This document shows, one piece after another, positions 7,809 to 15,846 of a stretch of 20,000 nt of DNA. Positions within the stretch are counted from its first letter, which is position 1. The number at the start of each line of letters is the position of its first letter. Location: the sequence record SRR31156797_962; one strand, 5' to 3'. Below the pieces are notes generated by a model that was not told the origin of the DNA, made no database searches, and saw only the letters and a program-made list of their open reading frames with translations. The position numbers and the translations under genes were made by a program.

Positions 7809-9452
7809 ATAGCTCTTAAAGCCAAAGGAAACACTCAGGGCCTTAAGCCCAGTGAGTTGAAACGTATCAACCGCCTTGCGGACCGCCGTTACAATGCCCC
7901 CAACGGATTTACCAACGAGCAGGCCCGTGAGCTTTCTTTTCTCAGTCATGAAATCGGACGCCAGATCGGTCTGCTGATCAACAGGCAGGGCAAGCCGGAA
8001 ATGATTCTGGTCGGTGATCCGGGGTCAATTTATATTCCCGAACTGCCTAGATCCCGGCAGTCCGAAGGACGCTTGCGCGGTTTAAGGCTTCTGCATACCC
8101 ATATTTCCGGGGAAAACCTGTCCGAGGAAGACCTTATGGATATGGTTTTTCTGCGTCTGGACAGTGTCAGTGTTATCACTTCCAACCCCCATGGCGAGCC
8201 TGATTTCGTACAATACGCTTACCTACTTCCTCCTGGAGCAGGGACGAAACCGTATGAACAGTTGTCTCCGGTTCGTTGGGATCGTGCGGATATGGATCTT
8301 CCGAGCCAGATTAAAGCTCTTGAAGATGAATTTCGCCGTGCGGATCGTACCCGCGATACCACGGATAAACGTGAGCGGGCTATTGTGGTCAGTGTTTCAC
8401 AGGATCCCAAGTCCGTGCAAGAACGTTCCCTTGATGAGCTGGAAGACCTTGCCGATACCGCAGGGCTGAAGGTTGAAGGGCGTTTGGTACAGCGTATCCG
8501 TAAGCTCAATCCGAAATTTATCATGGGTAAAGGTAAGCTTGCGGAGCTGGAAGTTATTGCCCTGCAGGCTGATGCAGAGGTTATCCTTTTTGATCAGGAG
8601 CTTTCTGCCGCACAGATGCGCAACCTTGCCAAGCTGACTGAGCGTAAAATTATTGATCGCACACAGTTGATTCTTGATATTTTCGCCCAGCATGCCACTA
8701 CCCGCGCTGGTAAGTTGCAGGTGGAAATGGCACAGCTGAAATATACTATGCCCCGTCTTGTGGGCAAGAACCGGGCTATGTCCCGGCTCATGGGTGGTAT
8801 CGGTGGTCGTGGTCCCGGTGAAACCAAACTGGAAATCGACCGTCGTCGCATTAAGGACAAACTGACCAAGCTTGGCAAAGAGCTGAAAAAAGTAAGCCGG
8901 CAGCGAGGATTTACCCGTGAACGCCGCGCCCGTGCCGGAGTTCCCGTTGTATCGTTGGTCGGTTATACAAACGCAGGCAAGTCCACCCTGCTCAACACCT
9001 TGACCAATAGTGGAGTGTTGGCTGAAGACAAGCTCTTCGCTACCCTCGACCCCACCAGCAGACGTATCCGTTTTCCACGTGAGCAGGAATTGATTCTTAC
9101 GGATACCGTTGGGTTCATTCGCCAATTGCCCGTGGAATTGAAAGAAGCCTTCCGGGCTACTTTAGAAGAATTGGAAGCCGCCGACGTGCTGCTTCATGTC
9201 TGCGATTCTTCACATCCTGAAGTTGATGAGCAGATCGCGGCGGTGGATAACATCATTGCTGATATGAAGCTTGGTGATGTGGTGAACATTCTCGTACTTA
9301 ACAAATGGGACAAGCTTGATGATGAGCAGCGCGAACTTATGCGCAACACTTACCCGCAGGGCATTCCGTCCAGCGCAGTGAATCGTCGTTCATTAAATGT
9401 TCTGGTGGAAGAAATTCTTAATGCCATCGATAGACTCGGTCATAAGTTCTGA
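7809..9452 (+). CDS. hflX: Ribosome-splitting GTPase HflX, long form with N-terminal extension
   Basis: GYTNAGKST (G1), LFATLD (G2), DTVGF (G3), NKWD (G4), DRTQLILDIFAQHA and GGIGGRGPGETKLE. The ORF track starts at TTG 7857; start moved to ATA 7809 (547 aa, see findings). Gene identity is more certain than the start site. Confidence 0.95.
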   Translation: MALKAKGNTQGLKPSELKRINRLADRRYNAPNGFTNEQARELSFLSHEIGRQIGLLINRQGKPEMILVGDPGSIYIPELPRSRQSEGRLRGLRLLHTHISGENLSEEDLMDMVFLRLDSVSVITSNPHGEPDFVQYAYLLPPGAGTKPYEQLSPVRWDRADMDLPSQIKALEDEFRRADRTRDTTDKRERAIVVSVSQDPKSVQERSLDELEDLADTAGLKVEGRLVQRIRKLNPKFIMGKGKLAELEVIALQADAEVILFDQELSAAQMRNLAKLTERKIIDRTQLILDIFAQHATTRAGKLQVEMAQLKYTMPRLVGKNRAMSRLMGGIGGRGPGETKLEIDRRRIKDKLTKLGKELKKVSRQRGFTRERRARAGVPVVSLVGYTNAGKSTLLNTLTNSGVLAEDKLFATLDPTSRRIRFPREQELILTDTVGFIRQLPVELKEAFRATLEELEAADVLLHVCDSSHPEVDEQIAAVDNIIADMKLGDVVNILVLNKWDKLDDEQRELMRNTYPQGIPSSAVNRRSLNVLVEEILNAIDRLGHKF

Positions 9453-9482
9453 TGCGCTTTGCGCTTTTGATAAATAATTTCT

Positions 9483-9520
9483 CCTCCGGCGGGCAAAGGG
9501 GATAATCCCCTTTGAAATCC
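9483..9520 (+). repeat. REP-like palindromic element, possibly the hflX terminator
   Basis: CCTCCGGCGGG-CAAAGGGGATAATCCCCTTTG-AAATCC, with a perfect inverted repeat at 9494-9514. Confidence 0.55.
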
Positions 9521-9644
9521 TTAGTTGTTTTACATAAAAAGACAAAGTTCTTTGTTTATTGCATTAATACCTGTTAATTAGTAAAAAAGCTTAAGTAGCA
9601 GTACTAATTTGATTCAGAAGCAGTTGTTGGCGACGGAGGAAGCC

Positions 9645-9863
9645 ATGGCTAAAGAAGAAGGTATTGAGGTAGAGGGTATAGTACAGGAAGCATTGCCCAA
9701 TGCGATGTTCAAGGTAGAGCTTGAAAACGGGCATGTTATTCTGGGACATATTTCCGGCAAAATGCGTAAATATTACATCCGCATTCTGCCGGGTGACCGG
9801 GTCAAGGTAGAGCTTTCTCCATATGACTTGACCCGAGGGCGGATTACTTTCCGCATGAAATAA
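9645..9863 (+). CDS. infA: Translation initiation factor IF-1
   Basis: 72 aa [30 protein letters not shown]...[38 protein letters not shown] 9645 preceded by GGAGGA. Confidence 0.98.
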   Translation: MAKEEGIEVEGIVQEALPNAMFKVELENGHVILGHISGKMRKYYIRILPGDRVKVELSPYDLTRGRITFRMK

Positions 9864-9908
9864 TATTTCGCTGAAAAAACTCAGTCTTGATCAGACTGGT
9901 GAGGTTCT

Positions 9909-10121
9909 ATGAGTTTAAAAGGGGTAGTCAGCTGGTTCAACGATATCAAGGGATTCGGTTTTATTGTAGATGAGGCCGGAAGGGATATCTATGTCCATTA
10001 TTCCGAAGTGCTCCGTGATGGATTCAAAACCCTTAACGTGGGCGAAAAAGTCGTCTTCGAAGTTATTGATGAAGATACAGCACCCAAAGCTACGTCTGTT
10101 CGAATTATAAATTACCAGTAG
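9909..10121 (+). CDS. Cold-shock domain protein (CspA family)
   Basis: 70 aa with GVVSWFNDIKGFGFI (RNP1), IYVHYS (RNP2) and GFKTL..GEKV.F. GAGG SD. Confidence 0.93.
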   Translation: MSLKGVVSWFNDIKGFGFIVDEAGRDIYVHYSEVLRDGFKTLNVGEKVVFEVIDEDTAPKATSVRIINYQ

Positions 10122-10141
10122 ATTGAATTAATATAAATTTT

Positions 10142-10179
10142 AAGCCCGCCTGTTGAAAAACAGACGGGCTTTTTTATTT
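10142..10179 (+). terminator. Intrinsic terminator between csp and the convergent hypothetical gene
   Basis: AAGCCCG-c-CTGTT-GAAA-AACAG-a-CGGGCTT followed by a T-run. Confidence 0.85.
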
Positions 10180-10181
10180 CG

Positions 10182-10508
10182 CTATCTTTGACCAGCTTCA
10201 TTCTTTGTTGGTTCGAGAACCGCATCCACGTTGACGACACGTGAAGTCATTTTGTTGTTTTCGATTTCGTAGCGGATCAGCTGCCAGTCGATGTGGTCGA
10301 TGAAATCAACTTTTGCCCATCCTTCTGGGGGTAACCGTTTGACCATTTCTTCAAGAAAATCATCTATATCAATATAGTGGCCTTCGTAATCAACGTTCAA
10401 AACTTTGTCCTTATAAACAATCTTTTCAAACGGCAATTCCATTTTAATATCTTCGAAGTCTTCTTCGGATAAGCCGTGAACATCTCCGTAAACTCTTACG
10501 TCTTCCAT
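10182..10508 (-). CDS. Small acidic hypothetical protein
   Basis: Start moved to ATG 10508 (MEDVRVYGD..., 108 aa) because GAGGAG lies upstream. Has its own predicted promoter and a downstream hairpin. No family recognised. Confidence 0.8.
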   Translation of the reverse strand: MEDVRVYGDVHGLSEEDFEDIKMELPFEKIVYKDKVLNVDYEGHYIDIDDFLEEMVKRLPPEGWAKVDFIDHIDWQLIRYEIENNKMTSRVVNVDAVLEPTKNEAGQR

Positions 10509-10561
10509 ATTGTTCTCCTCTGTGAAGGGGATATTTTTTTTGAATACCATTTCGAAAAAGG

Positions 10562-10590
10562 ACGATATTGCCACATTTGGATTCATGCAA
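10562..10590 (-). promoter_or_regulatory. Putative sigma-70 promoter for the hypothetical gene
   Basis: Minus strand TTGCAT-N17-TATCGT, directly after the cheV terminator. Confidence 0.5.
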
Positions 10591-10627
10591 CAAAAAACGG
10601 TTCACATAAGTGCAAACCGTTTTTTGT
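10590..10627 (-). terminator. Bidirectional-type intrinsic terminator after cheV
   Basis: ACAAAAAACGGTT...AACCGTTTTTTGT 13-bp inverted repeat giving U-tracts on both strands. Confidence 0.8.
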
Positions 10628-10653
10628 CTTCTTTTCAGAAAATAGCTGTTGCG

Positions 10654-11604
10654 CTAATTGGCTTTACGATTTTCGATCAACCGGATGGCTTTTTCCGGCA
10701 GCAAATGTAAATCCGGTTTGGAAATCTGGTCATCTGCACCAACAGATTCTCCTTTGTGGCGAAGTTCTTTAGTAATGATAGAGGAGTAGAGAATGATAGG
10801 CAGATCTTTAAGATCCTGATCGTCCCTGATCCATTTGGCAAGGCTGAATCCGTCCATAAGTGGCATTTCAATGTCTGAGATAACGATTTCGACGTAATCT
10901 TTTACCGGGCGATTCTCTTGCTTGGCAACTTCTTTGATATTTTGCAGAGCTTTTCGAGCTTCTTCCCCATTGTGAACAATGGTGTGTCTGAAATTAGCCT
11001 TTTGAAGGCTTTTATCCAACATGGCCCGGATAGTAGGCGAGTCGTCGCAGACCAAAGCATTATATGCTTCGGTTGCAACTGCCGAAGGCGCATCAAAGTC
11101 ACCGCCGAGAGTGGGGTCGAGATCAGCGAGTATGGATTCAAGGTCCAACAGTTGGATGAAACGGTCTTCGCGTTCAACTATGCCCACAATACAGCTGTCA
11201 TCGAAGCTGCTCATAAATTTGTCGGGTGAAAGGACCTGTTGCCAGCCGACACGATGGATCTCAGTTACCCCGCTGACCTGAAATCCTGATACGGTCTGGC
11301 TGAATTCAGTTACGATGACGATATCGTATTTCTGTTTCTTGCGTTCCATTCCCAGCCATACAGCAAGATCCAGAACAGGCAGGATGTGATTGCGCAGGGG
11401 AATTGTTCCCATGAAGCACGGATGCTCTGCCGATTCGGGGTGCTCAAGCTCAGGGCTTTCGATTACCTGCATGACCTTGGCGACGTTAACCCCGAAATGG
11501 CATCTCTCTTCCGGTCCGTCTTCCGATTCGGGCAGGTCGATGTAAAATTCAAGAATTTCAAGTTCATTGGTGCCGGTTTCGAGCAGGATTTCTGTTTTTG
11601 CCAT
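10654..11604 (-). CDS. cheV: Chemotaxis coupling protein CheV (CheW + receiver), paralog 1
   Basis: 316 aa with ILLETGTNELEILEF and FGVNVAKV in the CheW domain; receiver with CDDS, SDIEMPLMDG and DQISKP. Confidence 0.93.
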   Translation of the reverse strand: MAKTEILLETGTNELEILEFYIDLPESEDGPEERCHFGVNVAKVMQVIESPELEHPESAEHPCFMGTIPLRNHILPVLDLAVWLGMERKKQKYDIVIVTEFSQTVSGFQVSGVTEIHRVGWQQVLSPDKFMSSFDDSCIVGIVEREDRFIQLLDLESILADLDPTLGGDFDAPSAVATEAYNALVCDDSPTIRAMLDKSLQKANFRHTIVHNGEEARKALQNIKEVAKQENRPVKDYVEIVISDIEMPLMDGFSLAKWIRDDQDLKDLPIILYSSIITKELRHKGESVGADDQISKPDLHLLPEKAIRLIENRKAN

Positions 11605-11747
11605 GATAGTGGCTCCTGAAAAATTATATTAAAGGGGTTTGAGTTCTTATTCTAGTAAGTTACAATATTCGAAAGTTCAGGTCCATAAATTTTGGATGGA
11701 ATGTATTTCTTTTTGATATTGGATAGGTCTTTACAAATACTTCCCAT

Positions 11748-11774
11748 TTAGCTTAGGCAGTACAGAATCGATAA
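11748..11774 (+). promoter_or_regulatory. Possible sigma-28 (FliA) promoter
   Basis: TTAG-N15-ATCGATAA compared with consensus TAAA-N15-GCCGATAA, upstream of a CheY-like gene. Confidence 0.4.
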
Positions 11775-11793
11775 ATAAAATGAAGAGGGGTTC

Positions 11794-12159
11794 ATGTATA
11801 AAATATTGATTGCTGAAGATGATAAGATTTCCCAAAAGCTTGCCGCGCGGTTTGTGGATGATCTGGGGCACATTTCTTTTGTCAGCCCTCATGGTAAGCA
11901 CGCTTATGAAGCATTGAAAGCTGAGAACCATTTTGATGTTCTGGTGACTGACATAATGATGCCCGAAATGGATGGACGCCAACTGGTGCAGACCCTGAGA
12001 GGGGATTCCCAGTTTATGGACATGCCTATCGTGATTATGTCAGCTGTGGTCGGTGTTTCGGATATTTCCAATTTATTGGCTCTTGGAGCGACTTATTTTC
12101 TGCCCAAACCTATTGATAAAGAAGAATTCAACGAGGTAATCACTCGTTGCCTGAAATAA
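11794..12159 (+). CDS. Single-domain response regulator (CheY-like receiver)
   Basis: 121 aa with ILIAEDD, VTDIMMPEMDG (phosphoacceptor Asp), IMSA and FLPKP; no output domain. Confidence 0.92.
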   Translation: MYKILIAEDDKISQKLAARFVDDLGHISFVSPHGKHAYEALKAENHFDVLVTDIMMPEMDGRQLVQTLRGDSQFMDMPIVIMSAVVGVSDISNLLALGATYFLPKPIDKEEFNEVITRCLK

Positions 12160-12187
12160 CAATAAGGTTTTGTTTACTGATTTTATT

Positions 12188-12221
12188 AAGGCTCCGCCAT
12201 ATTTGGGCGGAGCCTTTTTTT
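12188..12221 (+). terminator. Intrinsic terminator
   Basis: AAGGCTCCGCC-ATATTTG-GGCGGAGCCTT followed by a T-run. Confidence 0.9.
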
Positions 12222-12364
12222 GTGGTTTAAAATATCCGGTGTAACGGGCTTGTTACTAAACGTGAATGGGTATAATGAGAACAAAAGCTTTATGAATAAC
12301 AAGGTTATATCTGTGCGTTGTTAGTATAATCTGTTTATGGAAATGTTAACTTTGGGGGTGCTCC

Positions 12365-13459
12365 TTGTCGCTTGAGATTTTGGATAAATTTAATGACCCT
12401 GAACTGTGTAAGGAACTTCTGACTTGTTTGCGGGACGAGCTGGATGGGGAAATACGGTTCATGGAGGTCTGCGGAACACATACTGTTTCCATTTTTCGCA
12501 GCGGGCTGCATTCGGTCCTGCCGAAGGAGGTCGTCCACCTCAGTGGTCCCGGATGCCCGGTATGTGTAACCCATGAATCCGAGGTGAACGCTTTTTTGGA
12601 TCTCGCAGGGAAGGACGGGGTTATAGTTGCGACTTTCGGTGACCTGATCAAAGTTCCCGGCGACAAAGGTCACTGCTTGAAAAATGCGCAGGCCGACGGT
12701 GCCCGGGTGGAAATTATTTATTCCCCCTTTGATGCGTTGGAACTTGCGCGGAACAATCCTGACAGCACGATTGTTTTTCTAGGTGTTGGCTTTGAGACAA
12801 CGGCTCCGACTATTGCGGCCACGGTCCTCATGGCCCAACAGGAGGGGCTTGAAAATTTTAAGGTGCTTTCCTTCCACAAGTTGGTTCCGCCTGCACTTGA
12901 TGTTTTGATTTCCGACCCTGAAACACGCATTGACGGTTTTATCCTGCCCGGACATGTTTCCACTGTTATCGGAATACATCCCTATGATTTTATTGCTGAA
13001 AAATATGGTAAGCCTTCTGTTGTCACCGGATTCGATCCTGTTGATATCCTGCAGGCTCTGCTTATGATGGTCCGGGCATCCCGGGAAGAACACCCGGTCA
13101 TTCAGAACCAGTATGTGCGCGGTGTATCAGAGAATGGTAACCCCAAGGCTGTGGAAGTCATGTATCAGGTCTTCGAGGAATCTGATGCTCTCTGGCGTGG
13201 CATCGGAATGATTCCAGGCAGTGGGCTTGAATTCCGGGCTGAGTTTGAAAAATATGACGCCAAGAAGATTTTTGATCTCAACATAGGTGAATGTCCGCCG
13301 CTCAAAGGTTGTAAATGCGGGGAGGTTTTAAAGGGCAAGATGACTCCTGAAAAATGTCCTCTGTTCGGGAAAGTTTGTACTCCCGCTAAACCGGTAGGTC
13401 CTTGTATGGTTTCAACTGAAGGCAGCTGCGCCGCTTACTTCAAATACAAAGTAGATTAA
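12365..13459 (+). CDS. hypD: [NiFe]-hydrogenase maturation protein HypD
   Basis: 364 aa with MEVCGTHT, GPGCPVC, GFETT, PGHVS and C-terminal CKCGEVLKG...CPLFG..C.P..PVGPCMVSTEGSC. TTG start. Confidence 0.97.
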   Translation: MSLEILDKFNDPELCKELLTCLRDELDGEIRFMEVCGTHTVSIFRSGLHSVLPKEVVHLSGPGCPVCVTHESEVNAFLDLAGKDGVIVATFGDLIKVPGDKGHCLKNAQADGARVEIIYSPFDALELARNNPDSTIVFLGVGFETTAPTIAATVLMAQQEGLENFKVLSFHKLVPPALDVLISDPETRIDGFILPGHVSTVIGIHPYDFIAEKYGKPSVVTGFDPVDILQALLMMVRASREEHPVIQNQYVRGVSENGNPKAVEVMYQVFEESDALWRGIGMIPGSGLEFRAEFEKYDAKKIFDLNIGECPPLKGCKCGEVLKGKMTPEKCPLFGKVCTPAKPVGPCMVSTEGSCAAYFKYKVD

Positions 13460-13460
13460 T

Positions 13461-14468
13461 ATGTCCTCAGATAAAGTTTTACTCGATTACGGTTCCGGTG
13501 GAAGGGCTTCCCAGAGGCTTATTTCTGAACTTTTTCTTAAGCATTTTGCGAACGATGAACTGGACAGGCTTAATGACGCTGCCACTTTGAATTTGAACGG
13601 GCAGATTTCCATGAGCACTGACAGCTTCACCGTTGACCCCATCTTTTTTCCTGGCGGTGATATCGGATCGCTGGCTGTTCATGGAACAGTGAATGATGTG
13701 GCCATGCTCGGTGCTATCCCTCGTTATATGACTTGTGCATATATTATTGAAGAAGGGTTGCCCATGGAAGATCTGGAGAAAATCGTAAAATCCATGGGTG
13801 AAGCCTGTAAGCATGCCGGGGTCAATATCGTTACCGGCGATACCAAGGTCGTACCCAAGGGTATGGTGGATAAGATTTTTATCAATACTACCGGAGTAGG
13901 TGAAATCATCGCTGATCCTGCTCCCAGCGGAGACCGTGCTGCCGTCGGCGATGCCGTGCTGGTCAGCGGAACTATGGGCGATCACGGGTTGACCATTCTC
14001 GGCACCCGGGAAGGGCTTTCTCTTGAATCAAATGTAAAGAGTGATAGCGCTGCCCTGAACCATTTACTGGTCAAGCTGGTGCAGGAAATCCCGGATATCC
14101 ATGTTTTGCGTGACCCTACAAGGGGTGGACTTGCAACCACATTGAATGAAATTACTGTTTCCTCTAATGTTTGTTGCGAGCTTGAAGAGTCGACTATTCC
14201 GGTACTTCCCGAAGTTGCCGGAGGATGCTCATTCCTCGGTTTAGATCCTCTTTATCTTGCAAATGAAGGTAAGTTTTTGTGCATTTTGCCACAAGAGTAC
14301 GCAGAGCAGGCCCTTGAAATTATGCGTGCAGACGAACTGGGTAAGGATGCATGTCAGGTGGGGACCATCACCGAAGCCAATCCGGGAAAGGTTATCCTTG
14401 TAACCCCGCTGGGCGGCAGAAGACTGCTCAATATGCTTGAAGGTGAGCAATTGCCCCGCATCTGTTAA
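13461..14468 (+). CDS. hypE: [NiFe]-hydrogenase maturation protein HypE
   Basis: 335 aa with STDSFTVDPIFFPGGDIG, GTVND, GDTKVV, RDPTRGG, ANEGK and terminal LPRIC. Confidence 0.97.
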   Translation: MSSDKVLLDYGSGGRASQRLISELFLKHFANDELDRLNDAATLNLNGQISMSTDSFTVDPIFFPGGDIGSLAVHGTVNDVAMLGAIPRYMTCAYIIEEGLPMEDLEKIVKSMGEACKHAGVNIVTGDTKVVPKGMVDKIFINTTGVGEIIADPAPSGDRAAVGDAVLVSGTMGDHGLTILGTREGLSLESNVKSDSAALNHLLVKLVQEIPDIHVLRDPTRGGLATTLNEITVSSNVCCELEESTIPVLPEVAGGCSFLGLDPLYLANEGKFLCILPQEYAEQALEIMRADELGKDACQVGTITEANPGKVILVTPLGGRRLLNMLEGEQLPRIC

Positions 14469-14496
14469 AAAAAAGGAAAATTGTTCGGTTATTTAG

Positions 14497-14525
14497 AGGC
14501 TTCTCCAATGGGGGAAGCCTTTTTT
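14497..14525 (+). terminator. Intrinsic terminator after hypE
   Basis: AGGCTTCTCC-AATG-GGGGAAGCCT followed by TTTTT. Confidence 0.8.
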
Positions 14526-14595
14526 GTTACTAAATTGGGGTATGATATGTTTGTTGAACCATGCTATACTTAAGAAAATTTGTAAGGAGTATAGC

Positions 14596-15846
14596 GTGGA
14601 AAGCGATATTAAAAGTTGTATTACAGCCATCAGTAAAGTTGTCACTGAAGATAGCCTTACCATATTATTTCAGCCTGTCGTATCTCTTTTGTCTCGCGCG
14701 GTGGTCGGTTTTGAAGCCTTTGCCCGTGGTGTTGATGAAAGTGGTGAAACCGTTGCTTCTCCCGGCTGTCTTTTCAATTCCTCCCTTCCCATTCAAGCAC
14801 AACTTAAAGTTGAAGAAGTCTGCCTCAAGAAAGGATTTGAAGCTTACAAGCCCCTTTATGAAAGGTATCGGGATATGCTTCTCTTTCTTAATATTAATTG
14901 TGGAATATATTGTTGTGAAGAAAGCAAAGGCCGTAGTCCCCATCAATTGGCAGAGCTGTATAAATATTCCCCAAGAATGATCGTTTTCGAAATGGATGCA
15001 GTGCAGCTTAAGGAGAGTCCCCCATTGGATATGATTCGTTCTGTACGAGATAAGGGCTATCGGCTGTCGATTGATAATATTATCCCGTCAGTGGATTGTA
15101 TGGAATTTTTGCATATAATTAAGCCGGACTTTGTAAAGTTTGACCGCAAATTTTATGAAGGAATTGAAAAGTCTGCTAGGATTAAAAAGAAAGTTTCTTC
15201 GGCTGTGGAGATTTTTGTCCAGTGCAGCGTCCTGCCTGTGGCAAAGGGGGTGGAAACTGAAGCCGAAGCCGTTGCCCTTATGCAAAGTGGTTTTTATCTG
15301 CAGCAAGGTTATTTTTATTCTGATAGCGCAGATGCAGAGGGTAGGGAAGATTCCTTTAAGGACAAGGTTAATCGTATAGGCCAGTCCGTAGGTGGGGACA
15401 ATAAAACAGATGCCGGGCATGTCCGTGAAAGATTCAGGAATTCGCATTTATTGTTGAAAAGTACCATGACCCGTTTGCAGCAGGAAGGGGATCGGGATAT
15501 GAATCGGATTCTTGAAGAACTACTCAAAAAGAATGCTAATATTATCTCAGTTTACGTTCTGGACAGTTCCGGCAAGCAGATGAGTAAACGTCTGGCCGGA
15601 AGGGCCGCCGATCCGTTCGGCTTGCGTATTCTTCCATCTGCCGTGGGGAGTGATCATAGCGGGCAGGATTTTTTTACTTATTTGAATTCAGGGTTTGAAA
15701 AAGCAGCTGGAGTATGCCGTCCTGATGCGCTTTGTCGTGACGGATACAATTATCTTGCAGGTTTTTATTACAAAGAAGGCAGCCGACGTGGTCAGATTTT
15801 GGTGTTGGAATATGTGAATTCACAACAAGAGGATGCAAAAGACTAA
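14596..15846 (+). CDS. Degenerate EAL-domain protein with a C-terminal PAS/Cache-like domain
   Basis: FQPVV..GFEAFARG, LFLNIN, PDFVKFDR, KGVET and QQGYF identify the EAL fold. Start moved to GTG 14596 (416 aa) after AAGGAG. Confidence 0.85.
   Translation: MESDIKSCITAISKVVTEDSLTILFQPVVSLLSRAVVGFEAFARGVDESGETVASPGCLFNSSLPIQAQLKVEEVCLKKGFEAYKPLYERYRDMLLFLNINCGIYCCEESKGRSPHQLAELYKYSPRMIVFEMDAVQLKESPPLDMIRSVRDKGYRLSIDNIIPSVDCMEFLHIIKPDFVKFDRKFYEGIEKSARIKKKVSSAVEIFVQCSVLPVAKGVETEAEAVALMQSGFYLQQGYFYSDSADAEGREDSFKDKVNRIGQSVGGDNKTDAGHVRERFRNSHLLLKSTMTRLQQEGDRDMNRILEELLKKNANIISVYVLDSSGKQMSKRLAGRAADPFGLRILPSAVGSDHSGQDFFTYLNSGFEKAAGVCRPDALCRDGYNYLAGFYYKEGSRRGQILVLEYVNSQQEDAKD

Noticed and set aside
8397-9125. 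242-aa antisense ORF in hflX and similar shadow ORFs (2018-2536, 13479-13985, 18038-18562)
   Set aside because: They lie entirely opposite well-conserved genes and show no recognisable motifs; expected codon-bias shadows.
12248-12330. Two TATAAT boxes upstream of hypD
   Set aside because: Neither has a correctly spaced -35 or an extended -10, so no specific promoter call is supportable.
12365-14468. hypDE without hypC, hypF or hydrogenase genes as a novel system
   Set aside because: Both proteins have fully canonical motifs, and dispersed hyp genes are ordinary.
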